From the IMG/VR virus record IMGVR_UViG_3300020438_004435: a DNA stretch of 64,000 nt. One strand, given 5' to 3'. The notes under the pieces were generated by a model. It was not told the origin of the DNA. It worked only from the letters and a program-made list of their open reading frames with translations, and searched no databases. Origin of the DNA: a virus. The position numbers and the translations under genes were made by a program. Below are positions 48,743-59,671 of the stretch, piece after piece; position 1 is the stretch's first letter; each line of letters begins with the position of its first letter.

Positions 48743-51187
48743 TTATCCTCCCGTCTCGCCGCCTTCTCTAGGTGCTGAAAGAATTTGAGTAATTAAATCC
48801 TTACATGCATCTACATCATCGATGGTAGATCTTTTATAAATTTTTGTTAGAAGATTTGTTATTTTTTCTTGCATTTGATCTACCGTTAACCTTTCACTTT
48901 TTACCGTTTCTTCAGTCTTACCTTCAATTCCTTCTTCACCAACCGTAATTCCTTCACTATCCAAAGACATTACCATTGCATTAGGATAAATGTATGATGC
49001 ATCTCCCGGTTTGTTTCCAATACCAAATGTACCTAATCTTTCCTGTTTAGTAATGTCATCTATTTTATTACCCGCTACCTCAAGATCGGTTAATTTTTCA
49101 TCAGCGGTTGATAATTTACTATAATGCAATTTAGTATATGCATCATTCTGTGGTAGGAATCTCATTATACAATCTATATCAGTAGACCAATCAGTAACCG
49201 AAATAGAATGTTTTACATCCTTTACGAAAAAATATACCTGATTTTGATATCTGGTTGGTATATAATCTATCATAAATCCTTGACCGAATTGTAATCCTGA
49301 TATACCATCTATTTCAAAGCTACAATCCAATGGAATTAATTTACTAGCTTGCAATTCATTTTTTTGTTCCGCTTCACCAGTAAATCCTGTATTAGCTCCA
49401 AGAGCTAACATTTGTTTCATTCCATTAGGAATTTTTGATTTGAAATCTAATTTACGTAAAATACCATGTTGCCTGCCAGCTGGTAATTCGGTTACATAAA
49501 CATTATCATTTAATGTAAAATTATCATCTACTACTGAACATATATTAGGATACATTTCATCTACTACCATTCTAAAATTCCATGGATTACCACATGCCTC
49601 ATTTATACTAGATAATAATGCTTCCATATACCCTTCTAGAGTATCTTCTTCCTGAGTTATTCTTATACATTCATTTACATTAACAAATATATTTCCAAGA
49701 TATCCGGCTGATAAAGGATCATTTAGAGACATTGCCCCTGAACTGTCTTCTGGTTCGATTATACCTGCTAGATAAATTGCTTCATCAATTTTTTGAACAG
49801 CAAATAAATCCACTTCATCAGGACCACTTAAACCTGATGGTCTATTAGCTGTCTTTACAGCAGGAGTATAATGGGTATCTCCTACCTGGCCAGGAATTAA
49901 ACATACTGAAGGATCCGATGATAATAAAAATTTATCATTACCTATAACTGAAGTGTACATTGGCTCATCACCTGTATTATTCATATCACTACCAATCTTC
50001 ATTGTCATTAGTGGGCCAGATGCTGGTGTTGTCTTATCGCCTTCTCCTGCTTCCCTAGTTGCAGCACTAGTAACCTTATATAAAGGATTTATTATCTTAT
50101 CTATCAGATCTCCAAATTTAACAAAGTTAAATCTATCAGATGTAGTTTTTGCTAAATCGGATTCAATTGTTTCCCTAAATTTAGATGTAGATCCAAATTT
50201 ATAGGAATATACTTTTAATTTTACATCTGGTATGCCAATTTGATCTTTTAATTTAATATTCTTTTCCTCAATACTACTGACATTATCGTAAATTTGTTTA
50301 CCTATAGTAAGTAGGGCAGATGATAATCTACTTTCTTTTGCTTTATCTTTATCATCCTTATTTTCCCCTTGCTGTGATACTGGAGCAGCTAGTGGCATAT
50401 TTAATGTAGTATCGCCCATTGCTGTAACTTCCGTTTTACAATCAAAGGACATATCATCTCTTAGGTTCCAAGAAAAATTAACTGTATATCCAAACATAGC
50501 ATCATAACAACCTCCTGAAGCTTTTCTTCTTTTATTAATTTCTTGCTGAACCTTTGTTGGATTTTTTAATATCTCATCATCTAAAGGCATTAGATTTAAT
50601 GGTTCATTATGATTTACAGACCAACCCCACTCTACCAAAATTCTTATTCCAGGGGTCATATAAAAGGTTTCGAATCTTTCAAGATCATCTAAATGATAAC
50701 ATACCCAATCTATAGAAGCTTTTTTTAATGCCCCTCTTGACCCTTTATAATTTATTGTTACACCCTTTATACCAGGCATAGGTTTTAATCCTCTCTGGAT
50801 ACCTTGAGCTCTTATTTCATCTAAGGATGGATTTTCATTTTCATTAAATTTATAAATACCACTATACATTTGATCAAATCCTTCTCGCCTACCAAATGTA
50901 TCAGTATCCTTACCCTTTGCATGTCCTGCAAATAAGATGTGTTCAAATCTAGTAGAATTTGAAAATTCACCATTCCATAATTCTTCCTTCTTTTCACCCT
51001 CTTTAGTAGAACCTGCAGTATCTGGCAATGGCACAGCATTTGATACTATTCTTATATATGGTGTTTTTTGATGATGCCAATACCTATCTTCTGCAGGAAC
51101 TCCTGGTATGTGTTTTGCTAGACCTTTAATACGTCTTAACAATTCCTCTCGAACATATGGTAATGGTGCGCTATTAAATAATGGCAT
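48743..51187 (-). CDS. Putative baseplate hub / tail-associated protein
   Basis: PMPGI.GV, IDWVC, GYTVNFSW, IDGISGLQFG and VKHSIS; follows the LysM/gp53-like gene. Confidence 0.55.
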   Translation of the reverse strand: MPLFNSAPLPYVREELLRRIKGLAKHIPGVPAEDRYWHHQKTPYIRIVSNAVPLPDTAGSTKEGEKKEELWNGEFSNSTRFEHILFAGHAKGKDTDTFGRREGFDQMYSGIYKFNENENPSLDEIRAQGIQRGLKPMPGIKGVTINYKGSRGALKKASIDWVCYHLDDLERFETFYMTPGIRILVEWGWSVNHNEPLNLMPLDDEILKNPTKVQQEINKRRKASGGCYDAMFGYTVNFSWNLRDDMSFDCKTEVTAMGDTTLNMPLAAPVSQQGENKDDKDKAKESRLSSALLTIGKQIYDNVSSIEEKNIKLKDQIGIPDVKLKVYSYKFGSTSKFRETIESDLAKTTSDRFNFVKFGDLIDKIINPLYKVTSAATREAGEGDKTTPASGPLMTMKIGSDMNNTGDEPMYTSVIGNDKFLLSSDPSVCLIPGQVGDTHYTPAVKTANRPSGLSGPDEVDLFAVQKIDEAIYLAGIIEPEDSSGAMSLNDPLSAGYLGNIFVNVNECIRITQEEDTLEGYMEALLSSINEACGNPWNFRMVVDEMYPNICSVVDDNFTLNDNVYVTELPAGRQHGILRKLDFKSKIPNGMKQMLALGANTGFTGEAEQKNELQASKLIPLDCSFEIDGISGLQFGQGFMIDYIPTRYQNQVYFFVKDVKHSISVTDWSTDIDCIMRFLPQNDAYTKLHYSKLSTADEKLTDLEVAGNKIDDITKQERLGTFGIGNKPGDASYIYPNAMVMSLDSEGITVGEEGIEGKTEETVKSERLTVDQMQEKITNLLTKIYKRSTIDDVDACKDLITQILSAPREGGETGG

Positions 51188-51191
51188 ATAA

Positions 51192-51524
51192 CTACTCCTG
51201 TTTTATATTATTAATGGTATCTAATTTAGATAAGATAGCAGATATATCCTTAGGAATTATTAACTGAGTACCTGGTGTTACGAATAAGCTATCTCCTGGT
51301 AGATTGTTAGCGGCAGCTATAACCCACCAAAGGGTTCTATCGTTATAAAAACGATTAGCTAAATTATCTAATCTATCTACTATAGAAGCAATAATAATAT
51401 TGTCTGTAGTCTTTGTCGTAACCTCAGGTATAATAGTCGTAGTCTTAATAAGTTTATTAAAACGAGGATCTACCTGATCTATATTAGTGGCTTTTTTCTT
51501 TTTATTATATGAATATCTTCCCAT
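51192..51524 (-). CDS. LysM/gp53-like baseplate wedge protein
   Basis: DRLDNLANRFYNDRTLWWVIAAANNL...PGTQLIIP. Confidence 0.8.
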   Translation of the reverse strand: MGRYSYNKKKKATNIDQVDPRFNKLIKTTTIIPEVTTKTTDNIIIASIVDRLDNLANRFYNDRTLWWVIAAANNLPGDSLFVTPGTQLIIPKDISAILSKLDTINNIKQE

Positions 51525-54500
51525 TATTCTAACTCCAATTTAGCCATTTGTTCAAAAAAGTCTTTATGACCAGCATCCATTTCTTCCTCCGTACCAGGTC
51601 CTATATGACGACCTACTATTTCCCCAAATGCTGTAGTTTTTGGTGTTGAGCCAATAGGAGTAAATCCTATTTGTACATTAAGAAATTTAGGTAATTGAGC
51701 AACGTCTTCCATTTCTTCTAGGTTTATTTCCCATGGAGAATTTTCATCAACGGCAATAGTTACACTGCTAAGAAATCCAGAGGTTCTATATAGATAGTCT
51801 CCTAATGTTAATTTTATTAGAGGACCGATCATAGTATCAGGTGTAGCACTAGTTCCTTCATCTGCATAATGAGGATAACATAATCCTATTAAATAATTTA
51901 CCTTTTTATACATTAATAATAATTCCTGCCTGGACATACATACTACCATCAATCCAAATGATATTGCTCTTTCAGCTCCACCATAATGATAAACCTTATC
52001 AGCTCTACCTATATATTTTTGATCCGACCAATTTGGTGTAATATTATCTGAGAACCCAGAAATGTATGATCTAAATCTTAATTGCTTATCTGCATATATA
52101 TCTTCCATTACTAATTTTACTAAGTCCCTTTTATTACCATGAGTATCTATGGCTGTTGGCTTACCCTCATCTCCATTAAGCTTCCACATATAATCATCCA
52201 TATTAAGTGGAATCCTATAATCTGCTCTATCTCTATCATCTTTATAATCCTGAAATCCAAACTTAGCTGTTAAATTATTTTTTTCATAGTCAGCTGCTTT
52301 TCCAAGACCTGTACCTGTAAAATTGGATCCTTGTTTTTTAAGATCCTTACGAAAATCATTATGGCTTGTTCCACCATCAGCCATTTTTTTAGCATTGTCA
52401 GCAGTAATACCATATGAACTTACTAAATACTTAGCTATTTGAGGTCCAGCAAATTTACCTTCCGTATTTTCATATTCAAGGCCTTTTCCATCTATATGAT
52501 TGGTTTGATTTTCATATCGTCTTATCGTTGTACCGCCTATACCATATAATGATTTAGGTCCTCCAAATACATCATCTGATAACCTGTCTATCTTCTGACC
52601 TTTAATTCCTAATAAATTTGCTATGCCTAAAAATCCACCAGCTCCTAAAGGATCATCGCTTAATATTAAATCATCTTTAAGAGCTATTAAGGTATTACCT
52701 GCGCCTTTACCTTTTGATACCGCTGAACCAGCAGGAGTTGATGAATCATATCCATCATTTAATACATTATGAGCATCTACTGCTGCTTCATAATCCGAAT
52801 TTCCTTCGCCCATACCCAGTGGTATTAAACCATGTCTTTTGAATCTTATACCGAAATGTCCCGTAGCAACTGTAGCCAACATATTAATAGGTAAAAATAC
52901 TCTTGTTCTTCTTCCAAGGAATGTCATATCTGTTTCTACCCTTGGATTAGATGCTTGCAATCCTACCTGTTTCAAAAACCACAATACTCCTTTAATAGGA
53001 TTATCAATTAATGATTTACCTAATCGAACTACATCTTGTAAACCTCTATTTGTAAGAGTTACAAAGCCTCCTCTAAATGCTCCTTCATCAAATGTAGAAC
53101 CTCCTAGTCCCCAGGTCTGACCTATATCTCTTAATATATAAGGTTCCTTTGATTCCTTTATTCCCGTTGGATCATCACCGGTTCCTCCAAATCTTAAATC
53201 ATGACCATATATTAATGATTTATCATAATCATAGCTAGATACCTGATCTTGTAATTCTTTTCTTGCATATCCCTCTATTTGTGATGAAATTTCTCCATCA
53301 GCATATGATAATTTATGTACAAAATAATTTGGGTTACCTTCAACTGAATTAAATTTAGCTTTAGTATCGCCGAAAAATGGAATTCTAGGAACACCATCAG
53401 GTACTCCAGATGGTCCTGTGGTTGCTGGAATTATCATTTCCATTTGACCAAGTATATCATCTCTCAATGTAGCTTCTGCTAGGAAACTTTTTGGATGTGA
53501 ATCATTTATAGTAATATCAGTAGTAAAATTATTTATTAAATCTCCATACTTATTACCTTCAATTCCATTAAAATTAGGTCTTCCTGGATCAGTAGGCACA
53601 ATTCCTTGTATACTAGCTGGATCAGCATTATATAAATTAAATGAAGGACCAAATCCTTGATTTATTGTTATTGATGGATTGATAGGTACCTGAGCTTCTA
53701 TATGAGATGTGAATATTCCTGCAGCATCTCTAAATAAACCATTATACATTAACCTACCATCTTGAACAGTATCTGGATAAGTATATGTCATTGTTCCAGG
53801 GGATCCATTTATTCCTAAGTATTGTGTATCTGTTTGATTTAATGTAAACCCTGTAGATCCATATATATTATCATCAAAATAATTTACAGGTGTGCCTATG
53901 GTTCCTAATCCTAATCCGCTATTATCTGGATATGTGAATTCCTGGCCTGATATTCCTTCGAACTTACTTGCTTCACCTGTATTAAATGCATTGTCAAATT
54001 GACCTATTCGTGCATTTGTAATTGTCTGTATTCCAGAAGTCGTATCTATTGTACTCGATTCATGTCTACCATCTGGAGTTGTAGGAGTATCATCTATTGT
54101 ACTCGATTCATGTCTTCCAGTAGGTGTAGTAGGACCATCATCAATAGTACTTGATTCATGTCTACCATCAGGTGTTGTAGGGCTTGAATCAATATCGGAT
54201 GAATCATGTCTACCAGTTAGTGTAGAATTAATAGGAGCTGTGTCACTACTTTCATGTCTACCAGTAGGTGTAGTAGCACTAGAATCAATATCAGATGATT
54301 CGTGCCTACCAGTCAATGTAGAATTTACTGGAGCTGTATCACTAGAATCATGTCTTCCTGTTAATGTAGAATTAACGGGTGCTGTATCACTCGACTCATG
54401 TCTTCCTGTTAATGTAGAATTTTCAGGAGCGATATCACTTGATTCATGTCTTCCTGATAATAATGAATTTAATGGTGCTGTATCACTAGCCTGATTATTA

Positions 54501-55237
54501 GCTCCTAATGTAGAATTTAATGGAGCCGTATTACTTGTTTGATTATTCGCACCTAGGGTTGAATTTAGAGGAGCTGTATCGCTTGATAAATGTCTTCCTC
54601 TAACTGGTGTTAAATTTTGTGCAGGAGTATTACTAGCTTGATTATTTGCTCCTAATGTAGAGTTAATAGGTGCTGTGTCACTTGATAGATGCCTACCTGT
54701 CTGCGGAGTTAAATTAGTACCAGCTGGTGTTGGTGCCTCATGTCTACCTGTCTGTGGTGATAAATTGGTAGCTGGTATATCAGATTTCAAATTAGGATTA
54801 AATTGGCTAACATTCAATGGAGCTATATCCGATTTCAAATTAGGATTAAATTGACTAACATCGAGTGGAGCTATATCAGATTTCAAATTAGGATTAAATT
54901 GGCTTACATTTATTGGAGCTATATCCGATTTGAGATTTGGATTAAATTGACTAACATTTAATGGTGCTATATCTGATTTTAGATTAGGATTAAATTGGCT
55001 AACATCTAATGGGGCTATATCCGATTTTAGATTAGGATTGAAATTGCTAACATCTAAAGGAGCTATATTACTTGAATTATGTCTACCTGTTGGAAATGAT
55101 ATAGTAGTAGCAGGTATATTACTTGAATTATGTCTTCCAGTTGGGAATGATATAATTACAGGAGATATTCCACTTGAATTATGCCTTCCTGTTGGAAAGC
55201 TAATTTTCATTGGTTCTGCTGGTATTCTTTTCGCCAT
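51524..55237 (-). CDS. Baseplate / tube-initiator-like protein with N-terminal repeat array
   Basis: C-terminal FRSYISGFSDNITPNW..YIGRAD.VY.YGGAERAISF...GPLIKLTLGD resembles the tube-initiator fold; sits between the tape measure and LysM genes. Confidence 0.65.
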   Translation of the reverse strand: MAKRIPAEPMKISFPTGRHNSSGISPVIISFPTGRHNSSNIPATTISFPTGRHNSSNIAPLDVSNFNPNLKSDIAPLDVSQFNPNLKSDIAPLNVSQFNPNLKSDIAPINVSQFNPNLKSDIAPLDVSQFNPNLKSDIAPLNVSQFNPNLKSDIPATNLSPQTGRHEAPTPAGTNLTPQTGRHLSSDTAPINSTLGANNQASNTPAQNLTPVRGRHLSSDTAPLNSTLGANNQTSNTAPLNSTLGANNQASDTAPLNSLLSGRHESSDIAPENSTLTGRHESSDTAPVNSTLTGRHDSSDTAPVNSTLTGRHESSDIDSSATTPTGRHESSDTAPINSTLTGRHDSSDIDSSPTTPDGRHESSTIDDGPTTPTGRHESSTIDDTPTTPDGRHESSTIDTTSGIQTITNARIGQFDNAFNTGEASKFEGISGQEFTYPDNSGLGLGTIGTPVNYFDDNIYGSTGFTLNQTDTQYLGINGSPGTMTYTYPDTVQDGRLMYNGLFRDAAGIFTSHIEAQVPINPSITINQGFGPSFNLYNADPASIQGIVPTDPGRPNFNGIEGNKYGDLINNFTTDITINDSHPKSFLAEATLRDDILGQMEMIIPATTGPSGVPDGVPRIPFFGDTKAKFNSVEGNPNYFVHKLSYADGEISSQIEGYARKELQDQVSSYDYDKSLIYGHDLRFGGTGDDPTGIKESKEPYILRDIGQTWGLGGSTFDEGAFRGGFVTLTNRGLQDVVRLGKSLIDNPIKGVLWFLKQVGLQASNPRVETDMTFLGRRTRVFLPINMLATVATGHFGIRFKRHGLIPLGMGEGNSDYEAAVDAHNVLNDGYDSSTPAGSAVSKGKGAGNTLIALKDDLILSDDPLGAGGFLGIANLLGIKGQKIDRLSDDVFGGPKSLYGIGGTTIRRYENQTNHIDGKGLEYENTEGKFAGPQIAKYLVSSYGITADNAKKMADGGTSHNDFRKDLKKQGSNFTGTGLGKAADYEKNNLTAKFGFQDYKDDRDRADYRIPLNMDDYMWKLNGDEGKPTAIDTHGNKRDLVKLVMEDIYADKQLRFRSYISGFSDNITPNWSDQKYIGRADKVYHYGGAERAISFGLMVVCMSRQELLLMYKKVNYLIGLCYPHYADEGTSATPDTMIGPLIKLTLGDYLYRTSGFLSSVTIAVDENSPWEINLEEMEDVAQLPKFLNVQIGFTPIGSTPKTTAFGEIVGRHIGPGTEEEMDAGHKDFFEQMAKLELE
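54053..55204 (-). repeat. Coding tandem array of 24 units of 16-17 aa (48-51 bp)
   Basis: Units include ISFPTGRHNSS.. x3, DIAPL[D/N]VSQFNPNLKS x6, DTAPLNSTLGANNQAS x3 and ..GRH[E/D]SS x9; synonymous variation between copies. Confidence 0.95.
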
Positions 55238-55241
55238 ATTC

Positions 55242-58200
55242 TTATGCCCTTACTGATGCAAGTCCAACTGCTTTACCAACAGCTGCTCCATCCATTTCTA
55301 TTACTCTACCCTGAGCTACTAATTCTATTAACATTTGATTTTGCTTAACTAATACTTCTATTGCATTTGCCATTCTTGTAGAATCTCCATTACTACCACC
55401 ACCTTGACCTAGATCAGTTCCTGCTATTATACTATCCTTGTTATTTAATGCAAAGGTTCCTTCCTCTGTCATGATCGTTCTATCACCATATCCTGCAGGA
55501 GGTTTCTCTCCTGGCATGAACATATCATCCGGTTTATTTAGGCCTTTCCAACCCAAGTGATTAACTTCAGGTATATAATAATCACCCAACCTGATTTCGA
55601 AGTTAAATGGATATTGTATATATGCCTTGAGTGTTTGAGCAAGGCCCTCAATCTTTTTACCCATTTTAGCAAAAGATTCCTTAATGCTAGTCCACATCTT
55701 TCCAGGCCATGCTTTGATTTTATCTCCAAAATCGGAAAATTTTTGTTTTACCATTGTCCATCCTTTAGAGAACCATTCACCAATAGCCGTTCCAATGCCT
55801 GAGAACCACTCTCCAATGCCACCTAGCCAATCCATCATTTTTTCACCAAATGACATATTAGCATATTCCAATTCAGCTAGTTTTTCCTCTTCAAATTCCA
55901 TTACCTGATCATGAACATCTTTTGATTCAGCAAAAGCTTTTAATTTTTCTCGCATCTCCTTACCATCCTGAAGACCTGATGCTAGTAATCTTTGTTTTTC
56001 TTGTTCAATTAAATCCTTTTCGAAACTTGCTGAGGCAGCTGCTAAATCAGCTCTTACTTGTTGTTGACCTACCATATCGGTAGTCATATCTGTCATAAAG
56101 TCACCGAATCCATCTAGAGGATCACTAGCCCTAAATGTAGTATCTCCAAATTCTGCCATAGCACGAGCCATGATCTGTTCTTGTTCTTGTACATCAGTAA
56201 CACCTGTCTTATCAAATAATTGTGCAAAGTATTGATTTTTAGCAGCTTCATTTTGATTAAAGAATTCCGCCATTGTAGCTTTATCTTTACCTGTTGAATT
56301 AGCAAAATCTGTCATTTGCTTTTCCATTAAATCTGAACTCATGCCTAATCCGGATAACATAGCTACTTCATCATCACCCCACATACTTCTATTACCGGCT
56401 ATAGTCTCCTGAAGAAAAGCATCAGCCTTAGCTGCGTCTGCTTGTAGTTTTTCAGAATTTGTTCTTTCCTCAATCGCTGCATTTAATTCTGCAGAAGTTT
56501 CTGTCATGGCTTTTGATATATCTTCTAATTTGGCTAATTCCTCTGCATTACCTCTTGCTTCGAATTTCATAGAGGCTAACATTTGATCCGTGACGGATGA
56601 TGACATTGCTAATTTATCTGCCTGTTCTTGAGCAATTCTAGATGCAGCATCAACATCATTTTCAAATATGGTTAATTTACCAGCCATTTTACCAGCTGCA
56701 TATCCAACTAGTGCTCCAATACCCGCACCTAATAATGTTCCTACTACCGGTATCACAGATCCAATTGCTGCTCCTGCCATAGCTCCTGTCGCTGCTCCAC
56801 TTGCTCCTGTTACTGCTGCAGCTTTCTTTTGTCCTGATGTTGAGGTTCCTGCTTCATTTAGATCTTTTGCAGACATATAAGCAGCTGCTCCTAATCCTAA
56901 TGCTCCTCCTACTACACCAGCGCCACCTAATGCGGTTCCTCCTAATGAAGCTGTTTTTCCACCTGCTAACATAGATCCAAATTGTGCAACTCGGCCTCCT
57001 TTTATCATTCTACTTGCAGCTTTACCTCCTCCCTTTAATCCACCTTTCTGAAAAGCTTTTAATAATCTACCAAATCCTTTTGATCCTCCTTTACCGCCAG
57101 CCCCAAAACCTCCATCAGTAGTAACATTCATAGGATTCATTTTTGATCCTCTTGCAAAGAAGCCTCCGCCAAGTCCCTCAAATAAACTACCTATCTTTCC
57201 AGGAAATAATCCTTTAATTAAAGGACCGAACATTCCTACTACTTTTTTAGCAGCAAATCCAGCCATTAAAACATTTACAAATCCTTTCGTTGCATTACCT
57301 CCTCCAACTAATTTTAGAGCTCCTTTAATCATCCCACCAATAGGGGAATCATTAAGAAATTTAATAGCTGATTTGATACCTGATATTACAGTTTTGATTA
57401 TAGTCCTTATAGTTTCTAGGAAATGTGTTAATCCAACTTCAAATTGTTCGGAATTTATAAAATTCATAAATCCTTTTTCAAGATCCTTAATATCTCCACC
57501 AAATACTTTAAGGAATATATCCCCAATACGTATTGCTATCTTTTCCATTACAGATAGACCGGTTTCTAATTGACCCATTACCTTAACCTGCTGATCTAAT
57601 AATTTGGTTTCCTTTCCTTTTCTTTTAGCTGCTTCATCTTCTTGACCCTTTTTGGTTTTATTACCTTTAAGCATCTTTTCCATTTCACCAAGTTCTAATC
57701 CGGCAGCTTTAGCCATTGCCTCTTTTTGGAAGATATTCATTTTATTAAATTCTTCAATACCACCCATCTGTTTAAGAACCTCTTGAGAAGCTCCTAATGC
57801 ATCTCCAGACATTGCTAATTCTCTAGCTTTCTGAAGATTAATATTTTTACCTGTAAGTAATTGAGCTTCCATTTCAGCTTCAATAGAACTTTCAAAATCC
57901 AATAGTCCTTTAGCTACCTTGGCCATATCATCCATCGATATACCCATACGTCTAGCTTCAATTGCCGCATTTCTTACATTATCTGCTGTTCCACCAAACA
58001 TTGTTCTTGTTTCGGTTGATGCATTGGCTATATCCTGGAATACTAATTGAGCATTTAATCCATACATATCGGACATGGCATATGTTGATTCAACCATGGC
58101 TGCAGCTGTATCCTCAGAGAATCCGGTCATGAGCATCATATTATCCATTACCTTAGCTGAATCCTCTGCACTTAATCCTATACCTAATCTTAATTTGGTA

Positions 58201-59327
58201 GCTGAGTCTACTAATTTACCAGATACATTATATACACTACCTAATTGATCGGATAGTGCTGCTGTCATTTCAGCTGCTCCTTCTAATGATGAAGCAAATC
58301 CTTCACCAGAAGCCCTAAATCTATCTTGCATTTGTTTAGCTAATGCTAAATTTCTTTCTTGATATACTCCCTGGCCAGCTAATGCTTTATTGACTCTATC
58401 TTGCTCCTCTGCTAATTGTACACCTCTCTGACGCATTGTTTCATAACGTTTTAATCCAACAGCTAATAACCCCGTCATAAGAGTTAAAGGATTTGTTACA
58501 ATATTTTTTAATGTAGAGAATATTTGACCAGCAGCTCCAGTCTGCTGTTCCATCGTATTTAATATATCTTTGGATAATTTTTCACGCCTCTGTTCCATCA
58601 ACTCGGCCTTTGATGCTGCTTCTAATCCCTTCTGTGCTAGTAAAAGCTTTTTTTCATCCTCTGTATTACCTAATTGCTTGGCTATAGCTATTTCATTAGC
58701 AAGGTTTCTTAACTCCTCTTCAAATGGAACTATCTCTGTTTCAAACCCTAAAGCTTCTTTTAGAAATTTACTTCGGCTTTTCATACTACCAGCAACCTGT
58801 TGTTGAATCTTCTGAACACCATCAATAGTATCGGATACACCTTCTAATTCTTCACGTCTTTTTGCAGTAAGGTTACCCATTAATTCCTCTTGTATTTGCA
58901 TCTTAGAAGAAAATTGTACAGCTGTTTGTAATTTTTTAGCCATATCATTATATACAGCTGGTCTGCCTGCTTCCTGTTTGAAAAATTCTTTTTCGGAGTC
59001 TTGGATCTTCCTACGTATGGCTTGTTCATCACCTAAGGTCTTTATCTGATCACGTTTAAGGTCTGTATTTCTTTGTGCAAGTTCATTGGCTCTGGCTCTT
59101 GCTTCATTAGCCTTTTCCTCTAATTCTAATACAAGTCTTTGAATTTTTCCACGCTTTCGCTGATCTCCTTCTGTAGAAGCTTCTACTTGCGCGGCTTGCA
59201 ATTGGGTTTCAAGTTGCCGAGCTAGTTGTTCTGAATTTTTGTGTAGTTGTTTTCCACGCTCAACATATATCTGATTGAGCCTTTCTTCACTATTTATAAA
59301 ATCTTTTGGATCTATTCGCCTAGCCAT
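55242..59327 (-). CDS. Tail tape measure protein
   Basis: 1361 aa, coiled-coil and Gly/Ala-rich hydrophobic segments, downstream of tube and chaperone. Confidence 0.85.
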   Translation of the reverse strand: MARRIDPKDFINSEERLNQIYVERGKQLHKNSEQLARQLETQLQAAQVEASTEGDQRKRGKIQRLVLELEEKANEARARANELAQRNTDLKRDQIKTLGDEQAIRRKIQDSEKEFFKQEAGRPAVYNDMAKKLQTAVQFSSKMQIQEELMGNLTAKRREELEGVSDTIDGVQKIQQQVAGSMKSRSKFLKEALGFETEIVPFEEELRNLANEIAIAKQLGNTEDEKKLLLAQKGLEAASKAELMEQRREKLSKDILNTMEQQTGAAGQIFSTLKNIVTNPLTLMTGLLAVGLKRYETMRQRGVQLAEEQDRVNKALAGQGVYQERNLALAKQMQDRFRASGEGFASSLEGAAEMTAALSDQLGSVYNVSGKLVDSATKLRLGIGLSAEDSAKVMDNMMLMTGFSEDTAAAMVESTYAMSDMYGLNAQLVFQDIANASTETRTMFGGTADNVRNAAIEARRMGISMDDMAKVAKGLLDFESSIEAEMEAQLLTGKNINLQKARELAMSGDALGASQEVLKQMGGIEEFNKMNIFQKEAMAKAAGLELGEMEKMLKGNKTKKGQEDEAAKRKGKETKLLDQQVKVMGQLETGLSVMEKIAIRIGDIFLKVFGGDIKDLEKGFMNFINSEQFEVGLTHFLETIRTIIKTVISGIKSAIKFLNDSPIGGMIKGALKLVGGGNATKGFVNVLMAGFAAKKVVGMFGPLIKGLFPGKIGSLFEGLGGGFFARGSKMNPMNVTTDGGFGAGGKGGSKGFGRLLKAFQKGGLKGGGKAASRMIKGGRVAQFGSMLAGGKTASLGGTALGGAGVVGGALGLGAAAYMSAKDLNEAGTSTSGQKKAAAVTGASGAATGAMAGAAIGSVIPVVGTLLGAGIGALVGYAAGKMAGKLTIFENDVDAASRIAQEQADKLAMSSSVTDQMLASMKFEARGNAEELAKLEDISKAMTETSAELNAAIEERTNSEKLQADAAKADAFLQETIAGNRSMWGDDEVAMLSGLGMSSDLMEKQMTDFANSTGKDKATMAEFFNQNEAAKNQYFAQLFDKTGVTDVQEQEQIMARAMAEFGDTTFRASDPLDGFGDFMTDMTTDMVGQQQVRADLAAASASFEKDLIEQEKQRLLASGLQDGKEMREKLKAFAESKDVHDQVMEFEEEKLAELEYANMSFGEKMMDWLGGIGEWFSGIGTAIGEWFSKGWTMVKQKFSDFGDKIKAWPGKMWTSIKESFAKMGKKIEGLAQTLKAYIQYPFNFEIRLGDYYIPEVNHLGWKGLNKPDDMFMPGEKPPAGYGDRTIMTEEGTFALNNKDSIIAGTDLGQGGGSNGDSTRMANAIEVLVKQNQMLIELVAQGRVIEMDGAAVGKAVGLASVRA

Positions 59328-59341
59328 GAACTATCACTCCA

Positions 59342-59608
59342 CTATTTTTTGGATTTATTACCTATAACATACCAGTCATATATCTTTGACCATTTATCAT
59401 AATGGTGCGCGAATGCAGGACTTTCCTTTCTACGGGCTTGAACTGCTTTTTCTAAATCCTTTGTAGCTTTTTCGAATTCCTTGGTATATCTTTTTAATTT
59501 AGCATCGCCTTGCATTGCCATATAAAACTTACCTCGTTTATGAGTAGTTTTTAATAACCCCCATAACTTACTAAGTATACCTTCATTCATTTTTGGTGTT
59601 CTTGCCAT
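59342..59608 (-). CDS. Small basic protein upstream of tape measure
   Basis: 88 aa, AGGAG SD, own TATTTATA motif. Confidence 0.6.
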   Translation of the reverse strand: MARTPKMNEGILSKLWGLLKTTHKRGKFYMAMQGDAKLKRYTKEFEKATKDLEKAVQARRKESPAFAHHYDKWSKIYDWYVIGNKSKK

Positions 59609-59645
59609 AGTATAATTCTCCTATATTCTATTTGTATAGTATAGA

Positions 59646-59653
59646 TATAAATA
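59646..59653 (-). promoter_or_regulatory. Candidate class-II motif TATTTATA
   Basis: Intergenic, upstream of the 88-aa gene and tape measure. Confidence 0.5.
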
Positions 59654-59671
59654 TGTAAAAAGTATAAAATA

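Noticed and set aside
54053-55204. 48-bp periodic repeats as a CRISPR array
   Set aside because: There is no constant-repeat/unique-spacer alternation; variation is synonymous and in frame, so it is a coding repeat. The Cas4-like gene is far away and no other cas genes are present.
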